Assembly: GCA_965202605.1 (NCBI GenBank)
Contig: OZ241838.1
Coordinates: 905,431-969,430 of the forward strand
Direction: 5' to 3'
Source of the DNA: a bacterium
GTDB taxonomy: Bacteria; JAAXHH01
Length of the DNA: 64,000 bases
Shown: piece by piece, positions 17,977 through 29,593 of the stretch
How positions within the stretch are numbered: the first letter of the stretch is position 1
How the letters are laid out: the number at the start of each line of letters is the position of its first letter
Notes under the pieces: generated by a model
What the model was told of the DNA's origin: nothing
Seen by the model: the letters and a program-made list of their open reading frames with translations, nothing else
Databases searched by the model: none
Made by a program: the position numbers and the translations under genes

Positions 17977-19500
17977 ATGCCTTCCGGTGGACTGACATTC
18001 GTCGACTGGATCATCATAGTCGGATATGCCCTCGCGACCATCTCGCTGGGCTACTACTACAGCCGCAGGCAAAGCACCGTAAGCGAGTATTTCACCGGCG
18101 GCGGGCGCATGCCGCCGACGCTGATCGGCTTCTCGCTGTTCGCCACCCTGCTCAGCACCATCTCCTACCTGTCCATCCCGGGCGAGGCCATCGGCAAGGG
18201 TCCCGTCTGGATGCTCAACTACCTTACGATTCCGATCATCTTCCTGGTGGTGGGATACGGCCTGATTCCGGTTTACATGCGGACGCGCGTGACGAGCGCC
18301 TATGAGCTGCTGGAAGACCGGCTCGGCGTGGGCATCCGCCTGCTGGGCGCGGTCATGTTCATCCTGCTCCGACTGGTCTGGATGGCCCTGCTGATCTACC
18401 TGTCCGCCAAGGCCATGACCGTCATGCTGGGCGTGGGCGATGACTGGATTCCCGTCATCACGCTGGTTACCGGATTCGTCGCGGTCATTTATACTTCGCT
18501 GGGCGGCCTGCGCGCGGTAGTGATTACAGATACGCTGCAAACCCTGCTCATGCTTGGAGGCGCCATTCTGGTCATCGTCACGGTTACCATGCATTTCGAG
18601 GGATTCGGCTGGTTTCCGGTTTCCTGGCAGCCCCATTGGGACGAACAACCCGTCTTCAGCCTGGACCCGTCCGTGCGCCTGACCGTGATCGGATCCATGA
18701 TGGCGTCCATGACGTGGGCCATTGCCACGGCCGGGGGTGACCAGACCGTGGTACAGCGTTTCATGGCGACGACAGACGCCCGCGCGGCCCGGCGGTCCTA
18801 CCTGACCCAGCAACTCGTGGGTCTCTGCATCGGGGTCACCCTGTGGATCGCCGGTTTCGCGCTTCTCGGCTTCTTCCAGGCCCAGCCCGACCTGCTGCCC
18901 GCCGGTGCCGGTCTGGACGGGCAGGCGGACCACGTGTTCCCCCACTACATCGCCTACTACCTGCCTCCAGGCGTATCCGGGTTCGTGGTCGCCGCCATGT
19001 TCGCGGCCGCCATGTCGAGTCTGGACTCCGGGGTCAATGCCATTACGGCCGTGGTTTCGACTGATTTCATCGGTCGGTTCCGGAGGTCGCCTGCAACGGA
19101 GCAACAGTTGACGCGGACGGCGAAAATGCTCGCCTTCGTCATCGGCGCCATTGTGGTCGGTGCAAGTTCACTGATGGAACTGGTGCCCGGCAACATCACG
19201 GCGGTAACCAACAAGACCTCGAACCTGCTGACAACGCCCATTTTCGCCCTGTTCTTCTTCGCGCTGTTCGTGCCGTTCGCACGCCCCGCCGGCGTCGTCG
19301 CGGGCGCGGTGTGCGGCATCCTCACCGCCTCGCTGATCGCCTTTTCCGGTCCCCTTTTCGGCATGCTGCCCGATGGGAACGACCCGGTCAGTTTCATGTG
19401 GATCAGCCCCATGGCCCTTGCCGTGAACCTTGGCGTCGGCACGGCGGTGAGCTGGGTCCTGGCGAGGCGTCGCATACCCTCGCGGAGACCTGGAAGATAA
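17977..19500 (+). CDS. Sodium:solute symporter (SSS family)
   Basis: Polytopic membrane protein with YTSLGGLRAVVITD, DQTVVQRF and AAAMSSLDSGVNA. Confidence 0.9.
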   Translation: MPSGGLTFVDWIIIVGYALATISLGYYYSRRQSTVSEYFTGGGRMPPTLIGFSLFATLLSTISYLSIPGEAIGKGPVWMLNYLTIPIIFLVVGYGLIPVYMRTRVTSAYELLEDRLGVGIRLLGAVMFILLRLVWMALLIYLSAKAMTVMLGVGDDWIPVITLVTGFVAVIYTSLGGLRAVVITDTLQTLLMLGGAILVIVTVTMHFEGFGWFPVSWQPHWDEQPVFSLDPSVRLTVIGSMMASMTWAIATAGGDQTVVQRFMATTDARAARRSYLTQQLVGLCIGVTLWIAGFALLGFFQAQPDLLPAGAGLDGQADHVFPHYIAYYLPPGVSGFVVAAMFAAAMSSLDSGVNAITAVVSTDFIGRFRRSPATEQQLTRTAKMLAFVIGAIVVGASSLMELVPGNITAVTNKTSNLLTTPIFALFFFALFVPFARPAGVVAGAVCGILTASLIAFSGPLFGMLPDGNDPVSFMWISPMALAVNLGVGTAVSWVLARRRIPSRRPGR

Positions 19501-19520
19501 CAAATGTAAGTTCAGACGTG

Positions 19521-19550
19521 TTCGGCAGCAGGCAATTCGGCAGCAGGCAA
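19521..19550. repeat. Perfect 15-bp tandem duplication in the intergenic region
   Basis: ttcggcagcaggcaa x2. Confidence 0.85.
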
Positions 19551-19581
19551 GCGCATTCATACGTTCCGGGGAAACAGGATC

Positions 19582-21897
19582 GTGCAACAACAGAAAAAAC
19601 TGACTCGGCTGCAGACCTCGCGCGGGATGCGCATGTGGAACGTAAACGGCATGCTCGAGTCGGTTTATTCTGCTATTACCACGGGCGTTTACACCACCGG
19701 ATACGCGTTGCATCTCGGCGCTTCAAGCGCCATGATCGGCCTGATCTCCGCGTCCATTTCCATCGGCCAGTTGCTTCAGGCCTTCACGCCGCTTTTGATT
19801 GAGCGCCTGCCCCGGCGCAAGACGCTCTGTCTGCTGGCCAACGGCGTCAGTTCATCGCTCTGGCTGCCTATCGCCTTCATCCCCTTCCTGTTCTTTGAAG
19901 GGTATCTGTTGTTGGCGTTCATGGCCTGCATCACCCTGTCGAAGGCCGCAATGTCCCTGGTGTCCCCGGCGCGCCAGTCCTGGCTGACCGACCTGGTTCC
20001 CGACGAGATCCGCGGCCGTTTCGTCGCCCGCCAGCGCAGTCTGACGGCGTCGGCGGGCCTGATTACGTCGGTCTGCGCGGGCTTCTTCCTGAGTACATAC
20101 GCCGCGGAAGACTCGCAGCAGGGATTCACCACCATTTTCGTCGTGGCCGTGGTCTTTTCCGGCATTGGCGTCTGGGCCTGGTCGCGTATTCCCGAACCGG
20201 CAAAAAGCCGGGGAGAAGACCTCCCGTCAAACCAGCTGCTTCGCCTCCCGTTCCGACACGGTCCTTTTCGCAGACTGATGTTCCTGGTTTCGGGACGGCT
20301 CCTCATCGCCCAGATCGCCGCGCCTTTCTTCACCGTCTACATGCTGCGGACACTTGAAGTTTCCTATGCCCAGATCGCGGTCTTCTCGGCCATGCAGACC
20401 ATTGCCACGATCATCATGAATCCCTTCTGGGGATACCTGGCCGACAAGTACGGCTACAAGCCGGTCATGTCGATTACCGCCATGGGGCTCGCCCTGTTTC
20501 CGCTGGGATGGGGATTCGTGACCCTGGAAAACTACTGGATCATGGTGCCGCTGGTTCAGGTCTGGGGCGGCAGCATGAGCGCGGGCTGGGGTACCGCCCG
20601 GTTCAACCTCATCGTCAAAACGGCGCCGGCGGTCAATCGCTCCGCGTTTCTGGGATGCTATTCCGCGGTATCGAGGGCATGCGCGGCCTGTGGCGCCTTA
20701 CTGGGTGGAATAGCCGCGGGCCTCTGCGACGCCATTCCCGCCGTCTCCTTCTTCGGTTACACCATCGCGGGCCTGCAGTATCTCTTCCTTGCCAACGGGG
20801 TGCTGCGTATTTCCTACATGGGCGTGCTGGGCCGCGTGGACGCCGATTCGCAGGTTTCTTCCCGCGACGTGATCAACCGCGTGCGCCGGGGAAACCCCAT
20901 CGCGACGCTCTGGCACCTCGTGCGCATGGGCAAATCCAGCAACCCGTCGGTCCGCGCCCGGGCCGCCCGTGAACTGGGTGAAACCGGAAGCCACCTGGCT
21001 GTAGACGAACTGATCGCCTTGCTGAACGACAGTGATCGTAACGTGCGCCGGGAGGCCGTACAGTCCCTGAGCAGGATCGGCGCGGAAGAGGCTGTAAACC
21101 CGCTCCTCGAATGCGTGGGGAACCCTTCGTCGGACATCGCCGAAGAGGCCGTGGAAGCGCTGGGCGCGGTACCGTCGTCGCTCAGCCTCAATATCCTGGT
21201 GACCCTGCTGCACGACGAAAGGCCCGGTATACGACGCAGTGCGATAGTCGCCCTCGACCGTATCGGGGACCGACGCGCGGAAACGGCGCTGGAAGCCCTG
21301 CTCGCGCACGAGCGGGACCCGGCGATTATCCAGTCTGCCATAGAAGCGCTGGCCAAAATGGGAAACGTCCGCATTCTGACCCGTCTTCAGGACCTCATCC
21401 GGACCAGCGAGACCAGCCTGGAGCGGGGTGTCCTCGTCATGTCGGCGGGTCATCTCCTCGGCGCCCCTGACCTCCTGTACCGGTTGCTCCAGGCCGATGG
21501 GATGGAACGGGATCGGGCGATGGTGCGGATTTACAGGTCCGTCCGACGCCAGTTGGGCGGCTGGCCGGACGTCGATAGAGATCTGAGGAATCAGTACACG
21601 GCCACAGTCGACCGCGCGTTGAGCGCTTTTGAGCGGCAGCAGACCGGAGAAATGCTGAAAGGGCTCGTCGAGGTCGCCCAGGCCGTTATTCGCGCGACGC
21701 GTGCAGATCTGCCAGATCGCGCCGACGACGACGCGGCGCCCGCCGGAGGCTCCGCATTGGAATCGGACGGTGGGGAACTGGCGTACAGGGTCCTGGCGGA
21801 CCTGGAATCAGAAGGCCGGAACAGAACCCTGCACGCCGAGGAAAGATTGCTGGCGGTGGTGGCCATGCAACGGATCGCGGATCTGGCCACCGATTGA
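19582..21897 (+). CDS. MFS transporter fused to a C-terminal HEAT/PBS-lyase-like repeat domain
   Basis: About 420 aa of roughly 12 TM helices (WGYLADKYGYK, motif A-like), then repeats VRARAARELG, VRREAVQSLSRIG, IRRSAIVALDRIG. Confidence 0.8.
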   Translation: MQQQKKLTRLQTSRGMRMWNVNGMLESVYSAITTGVYTTGYALHLGASSAMIGLISASISIGQLLQAFTPLLIERLPRRKTLCLLANGVSSSLWLPIAFIPFLFFEGYLLLAFMACITLSKAAMSLVSPARQSWLTDLVPDEIRGRFVARQRSLTASAGLITSVCAGFFLSTYAAEDSQQGFTTIFVVAVVFSGIGVWAWSRIPEPAKSRGEDLPSNQLLRLPFRHGPFRRLMFLVSGRLLIAQIAAPFFTVYMLRTLEVSYAQIAVFSAMQTIATIIMNPFWGYLADKYGYKPVMSITAMGLALFPLGWGFVTLENYWIMVPLVQVWGGSMSAGWGTARFNLIVKTAPAVNRSAFLGCYSAVSRACAACGALLGGIAAGLCDAIPAVSFFGYTIAGLQYLFLANGVLRISYMGVLGRVDADSQVSSRDVINRVRRGNPIATLWHLVRMGKSSNPSVRARAARELGETGSHLAVDELIALLNDSDRNVRREAVQSLSRIGAEEAVNPLLECVGNPSSDIAEEAVEALGAVPSSLSLNILVTLLHDERPGIRRSAIVALDRIGDRRAETALEALLAHERDPAIIQSAIEALAKMGNVRILTRLQDLIRTSETSLERGVLVMSAGHLLGAPDLLYRLLQADGMERDRAMVRIYRSVRRQLGGWPDVDRDLRNQYTATVDRALSAFERQQTGEMLKGLVEVAQAVIRATRADLPDRADDDAAPAGGSALESDGGELAYRVLADLESEGRNRTLHAEERLLAVVAMQRIADLATD

Positions 21898-21901
21898 GTG
21901 A

Positions 21902-22618
21902 TCAGGCCTGTTTCGCCTTCCAGGTCTCGTATTCTGCGAGGGTGTTTTCATCGGGCGGGTACACGCCGATGATGCTGTGCCCCTGCTGGATCTTCTGCAG
22001 AATGAACGCTTCCCGGTCTTCTTGCGCCACGGCCCTGGCCGCCACCTCTTCAGCCAGGTGGCGAGGGATGACCACCACGCCTTCGGCGTCTCCCACGACG
22101 ATATCTCCGGGAAATACCGCCACTCCGCCGCAGGCGATGGGGCGCTGTATGTCGCTCGGGTAGTGTATGCTTTTGCTGTTGTGGGCATTCATGGCCTGGG
22201 CGTATGCAGCCATTCCGGTCTCCACGATGGCCGGAGTATCCCGGAATGCGCCGTCGCTCACGATCCCCACGCCGCCGCGCTGCTGGATTCTCGTGGCGAG
22301 TATGTCGCCCATGACACCGGCCCGGGTGTCTCCCCGGGCATCGATCACGAGCACCTCGCCCTGCTGAATGCTTTCGATACCGATGCGCTGCATGTCCGTC
22401 AGATTGTCCACGGGCACGTGCGTGATATCTTCCCGGCCGGGGATGTACCGCAGGGTAAATGCCGGACCTGCCATGCGCGAACCCGGAGCCAGCGGTCCAA
22501 CGTTATGCATAAAGGTGTTATACAACCCGTATTCCGTGAGCACGGAAGTGAGCGTGGCGGTGCTTGGGATGAGCAGGGATTCGAGCGTTTCTCGTGATGG
22601 GGCTTCCTGTGCAGACAT
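21902..22618 (-). CDS. RraA/HMG aldolase-like protein
   Basis: VLVIDARG...GVMGDIL...DGAFRD and VFPGDIVVGDAEGVVVIP. Confidence 0.85.
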   Translation of the reverse strand: MSAQEAPSRETLESLLIPSTATLTSVLTEYGLYNTFMHNVGPLAPGSRMAGPAFTLRYIPGREDITHVPVDNLTDMQRIGIESIQQGEVLVIDARGDTRAGVMGDILATRIQQRGGVGIVSDGAFRDTPAIVETGMAAYAQAMNAHNSKSIHYPSDIQRPIACGGVAVFPGDIVVGDAEGVVVIPRHLAEEVAARAVAQEDREAFILQKIQQGHSIIGVYPPDENTLAEYETWKAKQA

Positions 22619-22720
22619 GGTATTGGATTCCTTTTCGCTTGTTGAACGGCGGACCGTACCGCCATTGGGTTAAACTGTTCTGGTATATTCGGGTTGACTG
22701 TCCGTCGCCGGCCTTCCGGC

Positions 22721-23641
22721 TCATTCCCGGTGGACCGGCTGCTTGCGAAGACCCGCGGGCCCGGCGAAAGCCGCCACGGCCTCGACGTATCCATGGGGCG
22801 AGCCCGTGTCGAAGTGATCGCCGTTTAGTTCCAGGCCGAAGGCCGTTCTCTGCGACGACAGCATGGCCTGCGCCCCGGTAAGCTGCAGTTCGCCGCCTTT
22901 CCCGGCGCCGTCCCTTCCCATCCGCCGCAGGCAGCTGAAGATCTCGGGCGTCATGGCGTGCAGGCCAAACCAGCAAAGGAACGTGTCCGTCGGCAGGCCC
23001 TCCACGCGCAACCGGTCTCGTGCCAGGCCTGTTTCCGGTTTTTCCACCACGGAGTCGAGGGTATAAAGCCCGTTCGACCGGGGCACGGGACGGCCGGCAA
23101 CCGTTCCGAAGTGCCCGACGGCGTCCACGGACTTTCGGATCAGGCCCGATACCGGCGCCTGCAGGTCCGCGTAGGCGTCCAGCAATTGACGCGTGCAGCT
23201 TCTTTTCTCACTGCTGAGATAAAGGTGGTCGCCGAGCATGACCAGAAACGGATCGCCCTTGATCCAGGATTCCACACGGAGGACCGCGTCGCCGAGACCC
23301 CTGGGGCGATCCTGTATGACAATAGTCAGCTTCTCCGACAGTTCGCCGGGGGATTCGGCCGCCGCGAGCAAATCCGCTCGATTTCCGATCGCGGATTTCA
23401 ACGGGCCCGGCAACGGCGAGAAGTAGGCGCGTATCCGGGCCTCGTCTTCCGGCGCGATCACCAGGCCGATTTCCTCGATTTCCGCGTTGAGTGCTTCCTC
23501 GATGATCAATTGCAACACGGGTCGTACCTGTCCCCGGACGTCCACGATGGGAAACAGCGCCTTGCGCACCGCGCGGGTCGCCGGCATCATCCGGACGCCG
23601 TGACCCGCGAGGGGTATGACCGCCTTGCGTATGCGATTCAA
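22721..23641 (-). CDS. Sugar-1-phosphate nucleotidyltransferase (GalU-like)
   Basis: KAVIPLAGHGVRMMPATRAVRKALFP, QDRPRGLGDAV, LGD, VVEKP and ELQLT. Confidence 0.8.
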   Translation of the reverse strand: MNRIRKAVIPLAGHGVRMMPATRAVRKALFPIVDVRGQVRPVLQLIIEEALNAEIEEIGLVIAPEDEARIRAYFSPLPGPLKSAIGNRADLLAAAESPGELSEKLTIVIQDRPRGLGDAVLRVESWIKGDPFLVMLGDHLYLSSEKRSCTRQLLDAYADLQAPVSGLIRKSVDAVGHFGTVAGRPVPRSNGLYTLDSVVEKPETGLARDRLRVEGLPTDTFLCWFGLHAMTPEIFSCLRRMGRDGAGKGGELQLTGAQAMLSSQRTAFGLELNGDHFDTGSPHGYVEAVAAFAGPAGLRKQPVHRE

Positions 23642-23675
23642 CGCTAACTACTCCTTCATGCCGGGCGCAACGTGG

Positions 23676-25133
23676 TCAGGTTATACGATAGACGCGGTGT
23701 CCGAATTCCAGTGCGCCGGGGGAAGTCCCGGTAAAGAGTTCGGCCTCGATACCGGTCGAATCGCCGTAGCGCTCAAGCAGGCGATCCAGGTGGTCGAACA
23801 TGCGTTCGTTTCCCGCGACGGCGACCGTCCCTCCTGCTCCGCCTCCCGTAATCTTGGCTCCGTAGAACCCGGCGCCCACGCCCAGTTTTCTTACTTCCTT
23901 GACGATCCAGGTAGTTTCTTTCGCACCGAGCCCGCAACGGTGGGTGTAACTCCAGTCCGAGGCGTACATGAGCCTGCCTGACTGCTCAAGAAGGCCCGGT
24001 TGTTCAGTATCTCCCGCCAGACGGATACGCTCGGTAAAGACTGTCGCCCTGTGGTGTTCGTAAACCGGGTGTTCCACGCGGCTGCGTACCTTGTACACGG
24101 TCTCCGGGTCGACGGACGTCACGGGATCGGGCGTGGTACCGTAGCGCCGCTTGAATGCCCTGCCCGAGCAGCTCGATGGCAGCAGGGACCGGTAGGAATC
24201 CACGTATTCGACCGTGGATATGTTACACAGGTAGTCAAGGCGGGGATTCCCGGCGTTTCCGTTGCCGGCCCGCAGATGGTCCCGTAAGATCGCCAGGCCC
24301 ATGAAAGCGCCGATTCTGCTGTGCGTATACCTCGACCCCTTGATTTCACGGCGGATTCCGGAGTTGATTCCGATAAAATGAACGCCGTCCGGAACCGGGA
24401 TCTGTTCCTGTACGGTATGGGGCTGGCAGAGCAGGGAGAGCAGGCGGCCCCTTGTTCCTATGGCACAGGCGACCTGGTCCATGATGCCGCAGGCCGCGCC
24501 GACCACGTGGTTTTCCACCTTCTGGGAAAGGACGGCCAGCGTCATCCCGTCCAGGTTGATTCCGTATAACAGGTTCAGTCCATGCATGGCTGCGATTTCC
24601 AGCGCGGCCGAGGACGACACGCCCACCCGAAGCGGGATGCTGCTCACCAGCACCATCGTGGCGCCGTGGGGGAAACGATCCACGTATCCTTCCCCCTGCA
24701 GCACGCAGAAAGCCCCGGCTACGTAGGCTGCCCAGGCTGATTCCGGTGCCCTGGAGAATCTCAGTTTCAGGGTCTCGTAGTCCAGGATACCCGCGCCCGG
24801 CGCCAGGTCGTCGAGCGCCAGCGTAACGTCAGGAGACATGTCCAGTACGTCCACCCCGGCGCTGTGTATGACCACCTTTCGGTCGTCCCGGGCCTGGATG
24901 CCCATCAGAACGCTCCGGTCAAGTGTCATCTCGCAAACCAGCGAACCACTGTAGTCCGCGATGCCGCCCATGCAGTCCAGCCGCGCGGGCGCCCTGACGA
25001 CGTAAATCGGCTTACTGGCGGAGAACCGCGTCCCCAGCGGGCCGTGCAGACTGTCAGGCGAACAGGCCAGGGCGCTTTCAAACGCTTCGGCGTCGGCGGG
25101 CAAGGCGCCGCGATCCGTCAGACAGTCCAGCAT
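23676..25133 (-). CDS. GHMP-family sugar kinase (galactokinase/L-arabinokinase-like)
   Basis: RAPARLDCMGGIADYSGS, IPLRVGVSSSAA, CGIMDQ and GAKITGGGAGG. Start placed at ATG 25133. Confidence 0.85.
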   Translation of the reverse strand: MLDCLTDRGALPADAEAFESALACSPDSLHGPLGTRFSASKPIYVVRAPARLDCMGGIADYSGSLVCEMTLDRSVLMGIQARDDRKVVIHSAGVDVLDMSPDVTLALDDLAPGAGILDYETLKLRFSRAPESAWAAYVAGAFCVLQGEGYVDRFPHGATMVLVSSIPLRVGVSSSAALEIAAMHGLNLLYGINLDGMTLAVLSQKVENHVVGAACGIMDQVACAIGTRGRLLSLLCQPHTVQEQIPVPDGVHFIGINSGIRREIKGSRYTHSRIGAFMGLAILRDHLRAGNGNAGNPRLDYLCNISTVEYVDSYRSLLPSSCSGRAFKRRYGTTPDPVTSVDPETVYKVRSRVEHPVYEHHRATVFTERIRLAGDTEQPGLLEQSGRLMYASDWSYTHRCGLGAKETTWIVKEVRKLGVGAGFYGAKITGGGAGGTVAVAGNERMFDHLDRLLERYGDSTGIEAELFTGTSPGALEFGHRVYRIT

Positions 25134-25289
25134 GATCAGTGATCCTGTTTCTTGCTCCGGATAAACGGTTTGGGAACAATCCGCCATAATATATCGGGCT
25201 CACCTGGATATTCAACGAATCTTTGACTCGGACCGTCTTCGACGTGGCCGGGATGGCCTTCGACGGTCGTCGCTCGACCCATGATTCTA

Positions 25290-25319
25290 TTGACAGGGTC
25301 ATTTTCGGATGTGTATTTT
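25290..25319 (+). promoter_or_regulatory. Putative sigma70 promoter for the uvrD-gatC-kds operon
   Basis: TTGACA-N18-TATTTT. Confidence 0.4.
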
Positions 25320-25410
25320 GATTCCGCGCCGCCCACCGTTGTTTCCAGATGGATGACGCAGGCTCAAGCCTGGACAGAATCCCCCTCACACGGCCGTTCG
25401 GGAACGGTGA

Positions 25411-27621
<2,211 letters not shown>

Positions 27622-27651
27622 TCAGGCGCTCCGACTGAAAGGGCGCATGCC

Positions 27652-27675
27652 AACGAATACAAAAACGAATACAAA
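27652..27675. repeat. Perfect 12-bp tandem duplication just upstream of the gatC RBS
   Basis: aacgaatacaaa x2. Confidence 0.8.
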
Positions 27676-27684
27676 GAGGTAGGC

Positions 27685-27969
27685 ATGACGGTAACCGTCA
27701 AGGATGTAGACCACGTCGCGGCCCTGGCCCACCTGAAGTTCTCGGACGAAGAACGCGGACAACTGGTGGATCAACTGAACGCCATTCTCGCGTACATGGA
27801 GCAGCTCAATACGCTTGAAACGTCCGGAGTGAGCCCGACCTCCCACGTACTGAACCTGAAAAACGTCTTCCGCGCCGATGAAGCCGGCAAGTCGCTTACA
27901 CAGGAGGAAGCCCTGCGGAACGCGCCTTCTTCGGACCGGGGTCATTTCACGGTTCCCAAGGTGATCTGA
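27685..27969 (+). CDS. gatC: Asp-tRNA(Asn)/Glu-tRNA(Gln) amidotransferase subunit C
   Basis: VDHVAALAHL...ILAYMEQL...PTSH...NVFRAD...NAP...FTVPKVI. Confidence 0.92.
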   Translation: MTVTVKDVDHVAALAHLKFSDEERGQLVDQLNAILAYMEQLNTLETSGVSPTSHVLNLKNVFRADEAGKSLTQEEALRNAPSSDRGHFTVPKVI

Positions 27970-27976
27970 ACGCGAG

Positions 27977-28747
27977 ATGACATCCGATAAAATAAAAATC
28001 ACGGGGCTCATACCGGCCCGCTACGCTTCGACTCGATTTCCCGGCAAGGCGCTGGCCGTCCTGCTGGGCAAACCGATGATCCAGCATACGTTCGAGCGGT
28101 CCAGCCGTGCTCGGCGTCTGACCGACCTTTACGTCGTGACCGACGACCGGCGTATCGCGGACGCGGTCCGCGGGTTCGGCGGCGAGCCGATCATGACGTC
28201 ACCCGACCACCCGAGCGGCACGGACAGGCTGGCCGAAGCCGTACGCGGGATGGATTCGGACGTGATCGTCAACATACAGGGCGACGAGCCGCTGATCACC
28301 CCCGGGGCCATCGATACCGTGGTACAACCCCTGCTCGACGATCCCGCAGTGCCCATGGCGACCCTCGCGCACCGCATTGCCCGGCCGGAAGACCTGCGCA
28401 ACCCGCACATGGGGAAGGTCGTATTCGATCGGCGGGGACAGGCGCTGTATTTCTCCAGGTCGCCGCTGCCCTGGCCGGGCGACCATCCGGACGGGAATTA
28501 CCTGCGCGCACACCGGCACTACAATACCGTGGGGATCTACGGCTATCGGAGGGATTTCCTGCTCACGTTCGCCGGGATGGAACCGACGCCCCTGGAGCGC
28601 ATCGAACGGCTCGAGCAATTGCGGGCCCTGGAAAACGGATATCGCATCATGGTGAAAGAGACCGATTACGCCCCGCTCGGAGTAGACGTGCCGGAGGACC
28701 TGGAAAAGGCGGAGCGCCGGCTCGCCGCCGAGGAGGGGCAACCATGA
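27977..28747 (+). CDS. kdsB: 3-deoxy-manno-octulosonate cytidylyltransferase
   Basis: IPARYASTRFPGK, SGTDRLAE, VNIQGDEP, LYFSRSP and LEQLRALENG. Confidence 0.95.
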   Translation: MTSDKIKITGLIPARYASTRFPGKALAVLLGKPMIQHTFERSSRARRLTDLYVVTDDRRIADAVRGFGGEPIMTSPDHPSGTDRLAEAVRGMDSDVIVNIQGDEPLITPGAIDTVVQPLLDDPAVPMATLAHRIARPEDLRNPHMGKVVFDRRGQALYFSRSPLPWPGDHPDGNYLRAHRHYNTVGIYGYRRDFLLTFAGMEPTPLERIERLEQLRALENGYRIMVKETDYAPLGVDVPEDLEKAERRLAAEEGQP

Positions 28748-29574
28748 AAGAGGTCGCCGTCGGAGAGGTCGCCATAGGTGGAGGAAGGCAACTGGCCCTG
28801 ATTGCCGGCCCCTGCGTAATCGAAAGCGAAGCGATGGCCATGGAAACCGCCGAACGTCTCGCCGCAGTATCCGGCCGCCTCGGGATCCCGCTCGTCTTCA
28901 AGTCGTCCTACGCGAAGGCAAATCGCTCCTCGGTCGACTATTACACCGGTCCCGGCCTGGAGGAGGGGCTCCGTATTCTCCGGAAAGTACGGGATCTCGG
29001 CGTTCCGGTACTCTCGGACGTGCACAGCCTGCGGGAAGTGGACGCGGCCGCCGAGGTCCTCGACATGCTGCAGCTTCCGGCGCACCTGTCGATGCAAACG
29101 GAACTGACCCTGGCCCTCGCCCGTACCGGAAAGCCCGTCAACGTGAAAAAGGGACAGTTTCTGGCGCCTGAGGACATGGCTTCGATCGTGTCCAAGATAG
29201 AAAGTACGGGCAACAGACAGATCCTCCTGACGGAACGCGGTGCCTCTTTCGGATATCACGACCTGGTCGCCGACATGCGGTCGCTGGCCATCATGCGCCG
29301 GACAGGATATCCCGTGGTTTTCGACGCTACCCACGTGGTGCGGCTGTACGGACGCCCGAGCAGCGACGCGAGCGGCGGGACACCCGAGTTCATCGAGCCC
29401 CTCGCCCGCGCGGCCGTGGCCGCGGGATGCGACGCCGTTTTCATCGAAACGCATCCTCGTGTTTCCGAGGCGCTTTGCGACGCCGCGAGCATGTTGCCGC
29501 TTGATCGCCTCGAACCCCTGCTGGAGAGACTTATGGCGATCGACGACGTCGTACGGCCCCACACGGGTTTCTGA
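28744..29574 (+). CDS. kdsA: 3-deoxy-8-phosphooctulonate (KDO8P) synthase, metal-dependent type
   Basis: IAGPCVIE, KANRSS, NVKKGQF, ERGASFGY, FDATH and FIETHP. Confidence 0.92.
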   Translation: MKEVAVGEVAIGGGRQLALIAGPCVIESEAMAMETAERLAAVSGRLGIPLVFKSSYAKANRSSVDYYTGPGLEEGLRILRKVRDLGVPVLSDVHSLREVDAAAEVLDMLQLPAHLSMQTELTLALARTGKPVNVKKGQFLAPEDMASIVSKIESTGNRQILLTERGASFGYHDLVADMRSLAIMRRTGYPVVFDATHVVRLYGRPSSDASGGTPEFIEPLARAAVAAGCDAVFIETHPRVSEALCDAASMLPLDRLEPLLERLMAIDDVVRPHTGF

Positions 29575-29593
29575 GTCGAATCCAGGTGCATTC

